A DNA stretch of 64,000 nt from Candidatus Woesearchaeota archaeon (GTDB lineage Archaea > Nanobdellota > Nanobdellia > Woesearchaeales > SKIA01). Location of the stretch: assembly GCA_046704725.1 (NCBI GenBank), contig JBJKRI010000008.1, forward strand, positions 32,001 through 96,000. The letters run 5' to 3'. Every line of letters begins with the position of its first letter. Within the stretch, counting starts at the first letter, position 1. A program made the translations under genes and the position numbers. Shown here piece by piece: positions 28,162 through 37,912 of the stretch. The notes under the pieces were generated by a model that made no database searches, was not told where the DNA came from, and worked only from the letters and a program-made list of their open reading frames with translations.

Positions 28162-29978
28162 CGCATCGCCTTCCGCAAGGCCTCGGAGACCTTCTTGCCG
28201 TCCGCCTTGCCACCCAAACGCTTCATGGCATCGCCCATCAACGCGCCGAACGGCGCCTTGGGATCGGCCGCGATCGCTTCTTGCACCGCTTCGTCGATAT
28301 CCGCGTCGCTCGCGGCCGCGAAACGCTGCCAATCGATTGTCCCTTCCTTGCTGTAAGAGAGAAGGATATCTTCAACCGCATCCTTGCTGACCGCCCCCTC
28401 GGCGAGATGCTCAAGCACTGCGGGAGCGATCACGTCGATATCGATGGTCACGCCGTGACGGCGACGCAGCTCTTTCTCCTTGATCGCGAGCACATCAGCG
28501 ACGATAGAAGCGGGGAGCTTCTTGGCCCACTGCTCGAAGAGCTCCATGCGGCCCGCGCGAAGCAGCTGCGACGTCAAGTCCTCGGAGATGCCGTGCTCCT
28601 TGGAAAGACGCGGAATACGCTCGGACAAGAGCTCGGGCAAGTCCACCTCGATGCCGTCGATGCGGAACGAGCGCACGTCCGTCTCGGGATACATGCGCGC
28701 CGCGCCAGGCATGGGGCGCAGGTACGTGGTGGTGCCGTCATCGTTGGCCTTGCGCACCTCGGATGGCACTCCATTGAGCAATTGCTTAATACGAACAGGT
28801 ACGGGGGCAGTCCAATCACTCTCTTTCTTGCTCAGAGAGAGTAATATCTGAGCGCGAGTCTTGTTACCAATGACGAAGCAGAAACCATCGTTCTCCGCAA
28901 GATGCATGCATGCGCGCACAGCATCCCAGCTCTGAATCCCATATTTCTTCGGGTCTTCTGCGTCGTGGATGATGCCCCCAAAACCCCATGCTTTTGCCAC
29001 TCCTGCCACATCTGTACCAAAACGATAGCCTGAGAAGAGTTCGCGGCCGAAAAGACCTTTTAATCCAGGGAGCCGAAGAGCTACCGCTTCGCCAGTTTGT
29101 AGCGCCTCCTGAATCCATTTCTCTGTGCTGTCGATAACCTCGCTGATGGTCTGCGCGACGGTAGCGTCCACATCGAAGGCGATATCTTCCTTGGAAAGCG
29201 CGATGAGGGATTGCTGGCGCAAGACCTCGTTCTGCGCGATGAGCGGCATGTTGTCGAGGTCCTGCACGCCCTTGATCTCGACACGCGAGCCGCTCGCGAT
29301 ACTGATGTTCACGTCCTGGCGGATGCTGCCCAGGCCGCGGACGACGCGACCGGTGCTGCGCAAGACCATCCCGATCTGCGCCGCGGTCCGCTGCAGGTGC
29401 TCTGGGTTCTTGATATCGGGAGCGGTGGTGATCTCCAGCAACGGGATGCCGAGGCGGGAGAGATTGTAGACGTCCTTGTCCTCGCCGCGAGAGACGATCT
29501 TCGCGGCGTCCTCCTCCAAGCAAAGGCGTTCGACGCGGACGTCGTCGAGGGTTCCGTCGAGCGCGACGAGCATCGTGCGTTGGAACGCGCTCGTGTTCGA
29601 GCCGTCCACGACGACCTTGCGCATGACGTGCACCTCGTCGACGAGCTGCATGCCCAACAATCCGGACACCATGACCGCGGTCTCCGTGCTGTGCGTGTCG
29701 GGCTGGCTGACAGGCTCCTCGTCGAGCTCGACAAGGCACGTCGTGTCCTCATAGCCCTGATAAGTGAAGCGCTTGCTCTTCTGCTGCTCGTGCGCAGCCG
29801 CCACGTCTATCGCGCCGGACTCTCCCTCGGAAGCGCGCAGGCCGCGCATGACCATGAAGTCCGGCTCGTCCTCGCGCACCAAAGCAGGGCACGCGCAGAA
29901 CAGCTTGTTTCCAGCGAGCTGCTGGTGGATCTCGAGACCGGCCTTGAATCCGAGCGCGGCGTAGTCAGGAGCGGTCAT
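28158..29978 (-). CDS. gatE: Glu-tRNA(Gln) amidotransferase subunit E
   Basis: GFKAGLEIHQQL, MRKVVVDGSNTSAFQRT, LEEDAA, RQDVNISI, RPMPGAARMYPETD. Confidence 0.96.
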   Translation of the reverse strand: MTAPDYAALGFKAGLEIHQQLAGNKLFCACPALVREDEPDFMVMRGLRASEGESGAIDVAAAHEQQKSKRFTYQGYEDTTCLVELDEEPVSQPDTHSTETAVMVSGLLGMQLVDEVHVMRKVVVDGSNTSAFQRTMLVALDGTLDDVRVERLCLEEDAAKIVSRGEDKDVYNLSRLGIPLLEITTAPDIKNPEHLQRTAAQIGMVLRSTGRVVRGLGSIRQDVNISIASGSRVEIKGVQDLDNMPLIAQNEVLRQQSLIALSKEDIAFDVDATVAQTISEVIDSTEKWIQEALQTGEAVALRLPGLKGLFGRELFSGYRFGTDVAGVAKAWGFGGIIHDAEDPKKYGIQSWDAVRACMHLAENDGFCFVIGNKTRAQILLSLSKKESDWTAPVPVRIKQLLNGVPSEVRKANDDGTTTYLRPMPGAARMYPETDVRSFRIDGIEVDLPELLSERIPRLSKEHGISEDLTSQLLRAGRMELFEQWAKKLPASIVADVLAIKEKELRRRHGVTIDIDVIAPAVLEHLAEGAVSKDAVEDILLSYSKEGTIDWQRFAAASDADIDEAVQEAIAADPKAPFGALMGDAMKRLGGKADGKKVSEALRKAMR

Positions 29979-31230
29979 AGGCCTGCTCCTCGATGCGCGG
30001 CACCGCGTCCCCGTAGTCCTTCTCCAGTCCCTCCCGCGCATCCTCCTTGCGCGACAAGAGCCAAGCGAGCTTGACGAACACCGTCTCCGGGGAGAGGGCC
30101 GAGTCATGGCCGAGCACGCCAGCGTCCTGCAAGCGGCGTCCGGCGCCGTAGACCTGGAGGCTCACGCGTCCGTTGATGCATTGCGTGGTCATGACGACCG
30201 GCATCTTCTCCGCGAGCCTCTGGATGACCGCGAAGTTCTTCTCGTTCAGTTTCGTGTGCTCGTCGGTCGCGTTGATTGGCGCGTGGCCAAGACCGGTACC
30301 CATGATGAGCAGGCCGTCGAACGATTCGTAGCAAGAGAGCTCCTCGGGGAAGAGATTGGGATGCATGTAGGCCATGCCGACCTTGAGGTCCTCGTTGAAC
30401 AGCCTGAGGGAGAAGCTTCCCGACGGGCGGGGCGGCTCCCACAGGACCTCCACCTTCTCGTCGGTGACGCGAGCGACCTGCGGGATGTTCACCGGAGCGA
30501 AGGCGTCGCGCCGCGAGCTATGGTTCTTGCGCACGTTCGTGCCCTTCATGACCGCGATGGGACTGTCGCCGCTTCCCTCGTGCATCGCGACGAACACGCC
30601 CGGAAGCTTCGCCGAGACGATGAAACGCGCCGCGCCGAGCAGGTTGGTGGCCGCGTCGGACGAGCCGCGGTCGCTCGAGCGTTGGCTGCCCACGATGACG
30701 ACCGGCAGGTCGAGTCCCTGCAAGGCGTAGTGCAACGCCGCGGCGGTGTAATGCAATGTGTCGGTGCCCTGCGTGATGATGATGCCGGCCAGGTCCTCTT
30801 TCCGTGCTTCGGAGACAGCCTTGGCGAGGATATTGTACTGGGCGAAGCGCATGTCGTCGGACGACATGGCAGCGATGAAATCCGCCTCGCACTGCGCGAC
30901 GGACTGCAGCTCGGGATACATGGCGAGCAGCTCGTCGGGAGTGATGCGGCTGCTGGTGCCGCCAGTCGTGTAATCGACCTTGCTCGCTATGGTGCCTCCC
31001 GTGTGGAGGATGCGGATGCGGGGGAGCTTCGCGTCCTTGGCGACGGCGCGTTTCTTGGCGGCCGGGCGCTGCTCTTTCGGCAGCGCTTCTGTCTTATCGA
31101 TGTTGCGCTCGTCGATACCGACGTTATAGCCATTATCGAGCTTAAGGACCACGCCCTCGCCCTGCAGGACGATCCCTTCGAAAACAAGGCCGTTCTTGGT
31201 CGTGATACGGACGTGCGAACCGGGCTCCAT
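29965..31230 (-). CDS. gatD: Glu-tRNA(Gln) amidotransferase subunit D
   Basis: KLDNGYNVG, TGGTIASKVDY, GTDT, GSQRSSDRGSSD, GTGLGH. Confidence 0.96.
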   Translation of the reverse strand: MEPGSHVRITTKNGLVFEGIVLQGEGVVLKLDNGYNVGIDERNIDKTEALPKEQRPAAKKRAVAKDAKLPRIRILHTGGTIASKVDYTTGGTSSRITPDELLAMYPELQSVAQCEADFIAAMSSDDMRFAQYNILAKAVSEARKEDLAGIIITQGTDTLHYTAAALHYALQGLDLPVVIVGSQRSSDRGSSDAATNLLGAARFIVSAKLPGVFVAMHEGSGDSPIAVMKGTNVRKNHSSRRDAFAPVNIPQVARVTDEKVEVLWEPPRPSGSFSLRLFNEDLKVGMAYMHPNLFPEELSCYESFDGLLIMGTGLGHAPINATDEHTKLNEKNFAVIQRLAEKMPVVMTTQCINGRVSLQVYGAGRRLQDAGVLGHDSALSPETVFVKLAWLLSRKEDAREGLEKDYGDAVPRIEEQAYDRS

Positions 31231-31277
31231 AGGGTGGGAAGAATGATAGAGATATAAAAAGCGTTCGCGCCGAAAGC

Positions 31278-31616
31278 CTACTTGGAGCGCTTTTTGGCGG
31301 TCTTTCTGGGGCGCTTGGCGGCCTTCTTGGAAGAACGCTTCGTCGCTCTCTTCCGAACAGCCTTCTTGGCCGCGCGCTTGGGAGCCTTCTTCGCGACCTT
31401 CTTGCGGGAAGCCGCTTTCTTGGCCGGACGCTTGGTGGTGCGCTTCTTCGCCGCTTTCCTCGCGCGCTTGGTGACCGAGACCGTCTTGCCCTTCACCGAC
31501 TTCGCCTTCTTGCTCTTGCTCTTCTTGCGCAACGCGACCGCTGCCGCTGTGACAGCGCCCGCCGCTGCCGCTGCCGCGACACCGATCTTGACCTTCTTCT
31601 TGGTGGACTTCTTCAT
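31278..31616 (-). CDS. Lys/Arg/Ala-rich histone H1-like basic protein with an N-terminal Ala-rich hydrophobic segment
   Basis: MKKSTKKKVKIGVAAAAAAGAVTAAAVAL, then KKAAKR-type repeats; SD AGGTGA upstream. Confidence 0.75.
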   Translation of the reverse strand: MKKSTKKKVKIGVAAAAAAGAVTAAAVALRKKSKSKKAKSVKGKTVSVTKRARKAAKKRTTKRPAKKAASRKKVAKKAPKRAAKKAVRKRATKRSSKKAAKRPRKTAKKRSK

Positions 31617-31692
31617 CAGGGAATCACCTGTGATTGATGTCGTTTCCAAGCGCGCACGCTATTTAAAACTGCGTATCCCGATCGTAAGATTA

Positions 31693-32307
31693 TCAATCTC
31701 TCGTTACTGATCGAGCGCCTCTCGGGAGCAGAGAACGGGCGCGCGTGAGTGCGGCCGCTGTAGGCGGGAAACCGAAACGCTCACGGAAACGGCGTTCGAA
31801 GGGACCTTTCCCGTTGATGATATCGAGCAGTGCCTGATGTCCGTGCATCTCTTCCAGGAGCCGGCAGGCATCCACTGCAGCTGAATAGAACCCTGGAGCG
31901 TCTTCGTCATGAAGATCCACCGATGGAACCATGATCTCTCTCGGGTCGAACTGCCCTGCCGCGAGCATCGCGATGCCTTCGCGGAACCATTTTGGGAGCG
32001 TCTGTCGGGCGATGCGATCCGTGAAGAGGTGCGCGAGCTCATGCTTGAGCAGCGCGAAGTAGAACCGCTCGTCCGCGGGATGCAGACCCTCATCGTGTAT
32101 GACCTGCAGCCGCAGGAGATAGACATCCAGTGGAGCCTCGCACCAACCGACCTGCCAATGCGAGGACGCCCTCCCGAGAAGAGCGTCCATCATCGCGCGG
32201 TCCTCCACTATATGGACGTGTGGGAGCTGGTCACGCCAGTCCAAACTGAAGAACGAGCGTAGCTCATCGATTGCTTTCGGGATCGCGATCTCCAACCAAG
32301 CGTCCAT
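31693..32307 (-). CDS. Zincin metallopeptidase-like protein (peptidase MA-like)
   Basis: KHELAH followed by PKWFREGIA. Confidence 0.7.
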   Translation of the reverse strand: MDAWLEIAIPKAIDELRSFFSLDWRDQLPHVHIVEDRAMMDALLGRASSHWQVGWCEAPLDVYLLRLQVIHDEGLHPADERFYFALLKHELAHLFTDRIARQTLPKWFREGIAMLAAGQFDPREIMVPSVDLHDEDAPGFYSAAVDACRLLEEMHGHQALLDIINGKGPFERRFRERFGFPPTAAALTRARSLLPRGARSVTRD

Positions 32308-32337
32308 GATGAATGGGTTATACGGATGTAGATAACC

Positions 32338-34926
32338 TTATCCGTAATAGCTTGGCTTGCTCTTGAGCTCCTCGGCGCGCGCGGTGCGGAACGAATCGCG
32401 CATCTCCTCGTAGGCGTGCTGGATCTCCTCGGTAACAGAGGGCTTGACCTTGTCAAGAGCCTTGTCGAAGAACTCCATCGCGATGCGGTCGGATGTCGGG
32501 TCCGCGCGGATCGCCATGATCGCTGCTTCCCTGACGAGCGCCTCGATATCGGCGCCGACGAAGCCTTCGGTCTTCTCTATGAGCGTTGCCATGTCCACGT
32601 CTTTTGAGAGGGTGACGCCGCGCATGTGGATCTCGAGGATCTTCTTGCGCGCGTCCTTGTCGGGGACGGGGACGAGCACGATGCGGTCGAATCGGCCGGG
32701 ACGCAGCAATGCAGGGTCGATCATGTCCGGCCGGTTGGTCGCGCCGATGACCACGATATCCGTGAGTTCCTGCAGGCCGTCGATCTCCGTGAGGAGCTGG
32801 TTGACGACGCGCTCGGTCACATGGCTGTCGCCGCTGCCGCCGCGCTTGGGCGCCAAAGAATCGATCTCGTCGAAGAAGATGATGCTCGGCGACGCCTGGC
32901 GCGCCTTCTGGAAGATCTGGCGCACGGCCTTCTCGCTCTCGCCCACCCACTTGCTGAGCAGCTCGGGACCCTTGACGAGGATGAAGTTCGCGCGCGACTG
33001 GTTCGCGATGGCTTTCGCGAGCATGGTCTTTCCCGTGCCGGGAGCGCCGTACAAGAGCACGCCCTTGGGAGGCTTGATGCCCATGCGACTGAAGACCTCG
33101 CGGTTGTTGAGCGGCCACTCGACCGCCTCGATGAGCTCCTGGCGCACGTCGTCAAGACCGCCCACGTCGTCCCAGGTGACGTTCGGCGCCTCGATGAGGA
33201 CCTCTCGCAACGCGCTGGGACGTACGGTCTTGAGCGCCTCGAGGAAATCGTCTTGCGTGATACGGAGCTTCTCGAGCACTTCCGGCGGTATCGGCTCGTC
33301 CTCCTTGAGGTCGAGGTTCGGCAAGAGACGGCGGAGCACGATCATCGCGCTCTCGCGCGTCAATGCAGCAAGGTCAGCGCCGACGAAACCGTGCGTGATA
33401 TCGGCGATCTCACTGAGCATCTCCTCGCGGGAGCGCTCGCGCGCCTTCTCGTTCACGTCGTGCAGGAAATCGCCTGGCAGCTTCTCAAGCGCCTTTTTCA
33501 GGTCGGAGGCGGCCTCGCTGACAGCCTCTTCAAGGACGGTCTTGGCCTCGCTGCCGCTGAGCTTCTGCGCGTTCTTCTCGATTGCGGAGGCGAGCTGCTG
33601 GCGCGCGCCGCCCTTGGCGAGCAATTCTCGTGCGTGGCGCACGTCCTTGAGCTCTCCGGGATTCTCGCCGCTCTTGACGAGCCGCTCCTCGAGCGTCTTG
33701 AGTCGTGAGACGAGCTCGTCCACGAAGACCTTGCTCCGGTAGGCGACAAGGGGCATGTTGCGGCTGTGGATCTTGAGGATGTTGAGGCGTCCTTCCTTTC
33801 GGGGAACGCCGATCTCGATCTCGCGGTCGAAGCGTCCCGGACGACGCAGCGCGGGGTCGAGCTGGTTGGGGATGTTCGTCGCTGCGATGACCACGACCTT
33901 GCCACGGCTCTTCAGGCCGTCCATGAGGGCGAGCAATTGCGCGACGACGCGTCTTTCGACCTCTCCCTTGGATTCCTCGCGCTTGGAGGCGATGGCGTCT
34001 ATCTCATCGATGAAGATGATGGACGGAGCGTTCTTCTCGGCGTCCTCGAACTTCTTGCGGAGGTTCTCCTCGGACTGGCCGTAGTACTTGCTCATGATCT
34101 CCGGACCGTTGATGAGGATGAAGTTGCTGTTGGTCTCGGAGGCGACCGCTTTTGCGAGCAAGGTCTTTCCCGTGCCCGGCGGACCGTGCAGGAGGACTCC
34201 CTTGGGGGGCTCGATGCCCAATCGCTCGAAGATCTCCGGGTACTTGAGGGGCAGCTCGATCATCTCGCGGACCTTCTTGACCTCGTCGTCGAGACCGCCG
34301 ATGTCCTCGTAGGTGACCTCGGGCAGGCCCTTCTCCTCGACCTCGACGGCCTCTGGATTGAACTCGACCTCGGTGTTCTCGGTGATGATGACGGCTCCCT
34401 TGGGCTCCGCCTTGGCCACGACGAACTTGAGGTCGCCGAGACCGAAGCCGACCATGTTCTCATCGAGCATGTTGAAGACCTCGTCGAAGAACGGGGAGCC
34501 GCTCATCGTCGAGCGGCGGCGACGCGTGCCGCCGAGGCTGACGACATCGCCCTGCATAACAGCGCGGCCGAGCAGGCCCTGCTTGAAGATGATGGGGGAC
34601 GCGCGGATCATGATGCCCTTTCTCGCGGGCGCGATGACCACTTTCTGCGCCTCCTGGACGGTGGCTTTCCTCACGGAGACCATCTCGCCGATGCTGGTGC
34701 GCGCGTTGCGGCGGAGCAGTCCGTCAAGACGGATGATGTTGAGGCCGATGTCGCCGGGGTAGGCGCGGTCGGCGATGCCGACGGTGAGGCGCTCGCCCTT
34801 GATCTCGACGATGTCGCCCGGACGCACCTCTATCTGGTGCATATAGCTGGAATCGATGCGGACGATGCCCTTGTTGACGTCGTCTTGGATGGCCTCTGCG
34901 ACTTTGAGCTTGATCTCCTTGGTCAT
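32338..34926 (-). CDS. cdc48: CDC48/VAT family AAA+ ATPase
   Basis: N-domain plus two AAA modules ([23 protein letters not shown]). Confidence 0.96.
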   Translation of the reverse strand: MTKEIKLKVAEAIQDDVNKGIVRIDSSYMHQIEVRPGDIVEIKGERLTVGIADRAYPGDIGLNIIRLDGLLRRNARTSIGEMVSVRKATVQEAQKVVIAPARKGIMIRASPIIFKQGLLGRAVMQGDVVSLGGTRRRRSTMSGSPFFDEVFNMLDENMVGFGLGDLKFVVAKAEPKGAVIITENTEVEFNPEAVEVEEKGLPEVTYEDIGGLDDEVKKVREMIELPLKYPEIFERLGIEPPKGVLLHGPPGTGKTLLAKAVASETNSNFILINGPEIMSKYYGQSEENLRKKFEDAEKNAPSIIFIDEIDAIASKREESKGEVERRVVAQLLALMDGLKSRGKVVVIAATNIPNQLDPALRRPGRFDREIEIGVPRKEGRLNILKIHSRNMPLVAYRSKVFVDELVSRLKTLEERLVKSGENPGELKDVRHARELLAKGGARQQLASAIEKNAQKLSGSEAKTVLEEAVSEAASDLKKALEKLPGDFLHDVNEKARERSREEMLSEIADITHGFVGADLAALTRESAMIVLRRLLPNLDLKEDEPIPPEVLEKLRITQDDFLEALKTVRPSALREVLIEAPNVTWDDVGGLDDVRQELIEAVEWPLNNREVFSRMGIKPPKGVLLYGAPGTGKTMLAKAIANQSRANFILVKGPELLSKWVGESEKAVRQIFQKARQASPSIIFFDEIDSLAPKRGGSGDSHVTERVVNQLLTEIDGLQELTDIVVIGATNRPDMIDPALLRPGRFDRIVLVPVPDKDARKKILEIHMRGVTLSKDVDMATLIEKTEGFVGADIEALVREAAIMAIRADPTSDRIAMEFFDKALDKVKPSVTEEIQHAYEEMRDSFRTARAEELKSKPSYYG

Positions 34927-34989
34927 GCGTTCGGAGCGAGAGCGTTATCCTTTAAAAAGATTCTTCTTGTCGACTTCAAGTCAACAGCC

Positions 34990-35451
34990 CTATTTCTTGC
35001 TCTTCTCATCCTTCTTGCCCTGCTTGGCCGAGACGGACTTGACCTGCTTGGGCTCTTGGACGCGCACGCGCGGCAGGTTGAAGGGAGGCGGAAGGCTCAG
35101 CTCGCGGCTGAGCATGAGCGCCTGGACGTGGCAGCGGTTGAGGATATTGTTCATGACCTCCTCGAGCACCTTGGGCGGGAAGTCATGCTTGTCCTTCCAA
35201 CGCTTGAGCGTGGACTCGGTGATATCCTCGGAGAAGAGCATGGTGATATCGCCCAGAAGCTCCATCTCCGCGATCTTGGGCTGATACTCGACGCCGAAAG
35301 TGAATGTGAAACGCAAGGCCTTTGGACCGTTCGCGATAGTGACGCCCTCGACATCCGTGGGCTCGCACTTCCGATTCACGGTGATATTCCCCTTGACGGG
35401 AGCATGCTTTATCGCTGAAACCTTGTTGAAATTGAAACCGATGACTGCCAT
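34990..35451 (-). CDS. Conserved archaeal hypothetical protein (possibly SecB-like fold)
   Basis: IGFNFNKVS...FTFGVEYQP...LPPPFNLP; SD GGAGG upstream; upstream of cdc48 on the same strand. Confidence 0.7.
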   Translation of the reverse strand: MAVIGFNFNKVSAIKHAPVKGNITVNRKCEPTDVEGVTIANGPKALRFTFTFGVEYQPKIAEMELLGDITMLFSEDITESTLKRWKDKHDFPPKVLEEVMNNILNRCHVQALMLSRELSLPPPFNLPRVRVQEPKQVKSVSAKQGKKDEKSKK

Positions 35452-35493
35452 TGATGATTCCTCCTGAATAGGTGCGACACTCCTCCGTCCTTC

Positions 35494-36084
35494 TTAAGGT
35501 TTATCCTGCAATTGGGGGTGCTTTGTGCGGAACGCAGGAGGCAGGTACCCGTCAGGCATGCGAATCCGGTGCCCGTACTGCTGCACTGGCCCGATCGGCG
35601 CGAGACTGACCGTACGATCAATCGGCGATGCGAACGTGCAGATCATACTCTCTCGCTCTTTCACGATGTCCACCGCCAGACCGCCCACGGCTACGAGTTC
35701 GAGGAACGGCATGTCCGCGACGAAACGGATGGTGTTGCGACCGAGGGAGGTCGGAATCCGGATCTCCGGCACCCCCATCCAACCTGTGAGGCGCTCGAGA
35801 CGCGGCCGGCGCCACCGACGCGGAACAGGGTTGTATGCCGGATGCAAACGGTATATCGGCCGCGCGATCCCCTTCACGCCCTGAGGCAGCCGCGTATTCC
35901 GCACACTGGTCAAGACCACATCCTCCACCTCGAGCATGAACTCCTGGAAGTCACGCAGATCATCGACCTTTCCATAGAACGGCCCAGCATCAGGATTGAA
36001 GATGCTCGGTCCGAAAGAATACAACGGCGATAGGTTCTCATGGAACCGATGGGTGACTTTCATGGATGGGTGAAACCACTTCAC
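35494..36084 (-). CDS. Hypothetical protein
   Basis: ORF fills the gap and abuts the PLD gene stop; no motif recognised. Confidence 0.45.
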   Translation of the reverse strand: MKWFHPSMKVTHRFHENLSPLYSFGPSIFNPDAGPFYGKVDDLRDFQEFMLEVEDVVLTSVRNTRLPQGVKGIARPIYRLHPAYNPVPRRWRRPRLERLTGWMGVPEIRIPTSLGRNTIRFVADMPFLELVAVGGLAVDIVKERESMICTFASPIDRTVSLAPIGPVQQYGHRIRMPDGYLPPAFRTKHPQLQDKP

Positions 36085-36938
36085 TATTTAGTATCGACTG
36101 CCGAAAGAACGGTGTACATGTCGTCTAGCGCAGCGATGATGGACGGTTCGTGGGTGATGACGATCGTCTCGGCGTTGCGCGTGTTCGCGTTCGCGGTCGG
36201 GTTGTAGCTGCCGAAGATCGCCGTATCGTCGTCGATGACGAAGGCCTTGAGATGCATGACACCAGGGATGTCCGGGGTCGCGACGGGGATGCCGGAAGCG
36301 ACGAGCGCCTTATACTCAGAACCGCGACCGTTGGCGTTCTGGGGCTCGATGACGCCGCGCACGTCCACGCCCCGCGCCTCTTTCTGGCGGAGCGTCAGTC
36401 CTATCGCGTCGCTCGTGAACGAGAACGTCATGAAACGGATGGAGCTGTCGGCTTTCTCCAACGCGGCCACGACGTGCTCCTCGCACGCATCGCGCGGACA
36501 GAACAGGACGGTCATTGAACGGTTGTTGAGCATCCAGGTCTTCGGGTGGCTGCCGGAGCCATCATGCTGGAGGAAGGCGTACTCGGCGCTGAGCGCTCTG
36601 GCGAGCGTGGCCGAATGGAAACGGACGACGATGTTCGCGTTCTTCTCCAACCCGTTGGACGTGGGGTTCGCCGTGCCCACGACAGCGTCGGTGCCGTTGA
36701 AGCACCACTTGTCGTGCATGTACTCGGCCACACGGATGGGGGTCCCGACGCCGTGAAAGTTACGATGGTCCACGAGCATGCCCGGCCGGCTCCAATTGGC
36801 GTCAGCGTCGAAGAAGGCGCACGTCGCGAAACCGTCATAGGCCGCCGTGCACGACGGGCAGGTGAAGACCTGCACGGCGCCCTGCTCGCTGACGGTGCAC
36901 GCGCCGAGAAGCAAGAGGATGAGGATGAAGGTGCGCAT
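36084..36938 (-). CDS. Phospholipase D/nuclease family lipoprotein
   Basis: Two HKD-type motifs (MHDKWCFNGTD..GTANPT, MHLKAFVIDD..GSYNPT); lipobox LGAC. Confidence 0.85.
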   Translation of the reverse strand: MRTFILILLLLGACTVSEQGAVQVFTCPSCTAAYDGFATCAFFDADANWSRPGMLVDHRNFHGVGTPIRVAEYMHDKWCFNGTDAVVGTANPTSNGLEKNANIVVRFHSATLARALSAEYAFLQHDGSGSHPKTWMLNNRSMTVLFCPRDACEEHVVAALEKADSSIRFMTFSFTSDAIGLTLRQKEARGVDVRGVIEPQNANGRGSEYKALVASGIPVATPDIPGVMHLKAFVIDDDTAIFGSYNPTANANTRNAETIVITHEPSIIAALDDMYTVLSAVDTK

Positions 36939-37016
36939 GGAGGGTCGTTGTGCGCCAACCTTTACTGCTGTTCACGCTCTGGAACCGGAAAACACCATCT
37001 CCGAAGGGAACACAGC

Positions 37017-37505
37017 TCACTTGGAGAGTGGATTGTCCGTGGGGCAGATGCCTTCAAGGGTCTTCTTCACGCAGATACCGTCACAGCACATCTTGACGGT
37101 GTGGTTCTCCCGTGTATCTGTCGGACCGAGCGGGATTGTGCGGGCGAAATCGGTGTAGGGGCACGAGCCGATGCAATCCGGCGTGAGGTTCTGCACGTCG
37201 GTCTGGAACCTGCCGTCCACGAAAGCGGTGCAGCTCTGCGGAATCGCGTGGTACTGGAGTATGAGACTGACGTACGCGACGTCCGTGTAGGGTGCGTTGC
37301 ACGTGAACGAGGTGTTGTCGAAGGTCGGGGTGCCGAGGGTGAAGGCGCCCTTGGTCACGCTCGGGCTGTCAAGGCCGATGCCCTGCTGCTGGGCGAGCAC
37401 CTCGTTGGAGGCGTACTTCGCGCCCGAGCTCACGACGAAGAATAATACAGAGCCCATGAGCAGCGCGGCCATGGCGATGATGAAGAACAGCACACGATAG
37501 TTCAT
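37017..37505 (-). CDS. Membrane-anchored Cys-rich hypothetical protein
   Basis: N-terminal TM helix, multiple Cys. Confidence 0.7.
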   Translation of the reverse strand: MNYRVLFFIIAMAALLMGSVLFFVVSSGAKYASNEVLAQQQGIGLDSPSVTKGAFTLGTPTFDNTSFTCNAPYTDVAYVSLILQYHAIPQSCTAFVDGRFQTDVQNLTPDCIGSCPYTDFARTIPLGPTDTRENHTVKMCCDGICVKKTLEGICPTDNPLSK

Positions 37506-37912
37506 AGCCCGTATCTGACGTCCCCGTACGCGTCGGCGAGCGCGGACAAGAAGCGCGCTTCGGGCGTGTCGGGGACATACACCTCTGCATCCTCACCGGC
37601 GACCTCTTTCAAATAGGTTTCTATCTCGCTCGCGGTGAGCGAGGACAGTAGCAAGTCAGTGGAAACGTCCTCGTCCTCTGTGTAGGCTTTGAGACGCAGG
37701 GCGGCCGCCTCGTCGCGAGAGCCGCACACCAGGCCGTCCGGCGCGCGCGATACCTCGACGCGACCGTTGAGAGCGTCCCGGAGCAGGAGTTCGGCAGCTC
37801 GCGTGTTGCCTGTGCGCTCCGGAGCGTCGGACAAGACGATCTTCTCGCCCGCGCGGATGTCGCCGCGCTCGCGCAATTCCCGACGGAAACGGCGCAACAG
37901 GGCATTGCTCAT
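37502..37912 (-). CDS. Hypothetical protein (possibly a degenerate PP-loop/TtcA-like fragment)
   Basis: ATGA-coupled on both sides; IRAGEKIVL resembles a PP-loop N-terminus without the SGG motif. Confidence 0.55.
   Translation of the reverse strand: MSNALLRRFRRELRERGDIRAGEKIVLSDAPERTGNTRAAELLLRDALNGRVEVSRAPDGLVCGSRDEAAALRLKAYTEDEDVSTDLLLSSLTASEIETYLKEVAGEDAEVYVPDTPEARFLSALADAYGDVRYGL

Noticed and set aside
33421-33748. Intein in CDC48
   Set aside because: No N-terminal Cys/Ser block and no C-terminal HN motif; the insert looks purely helical.
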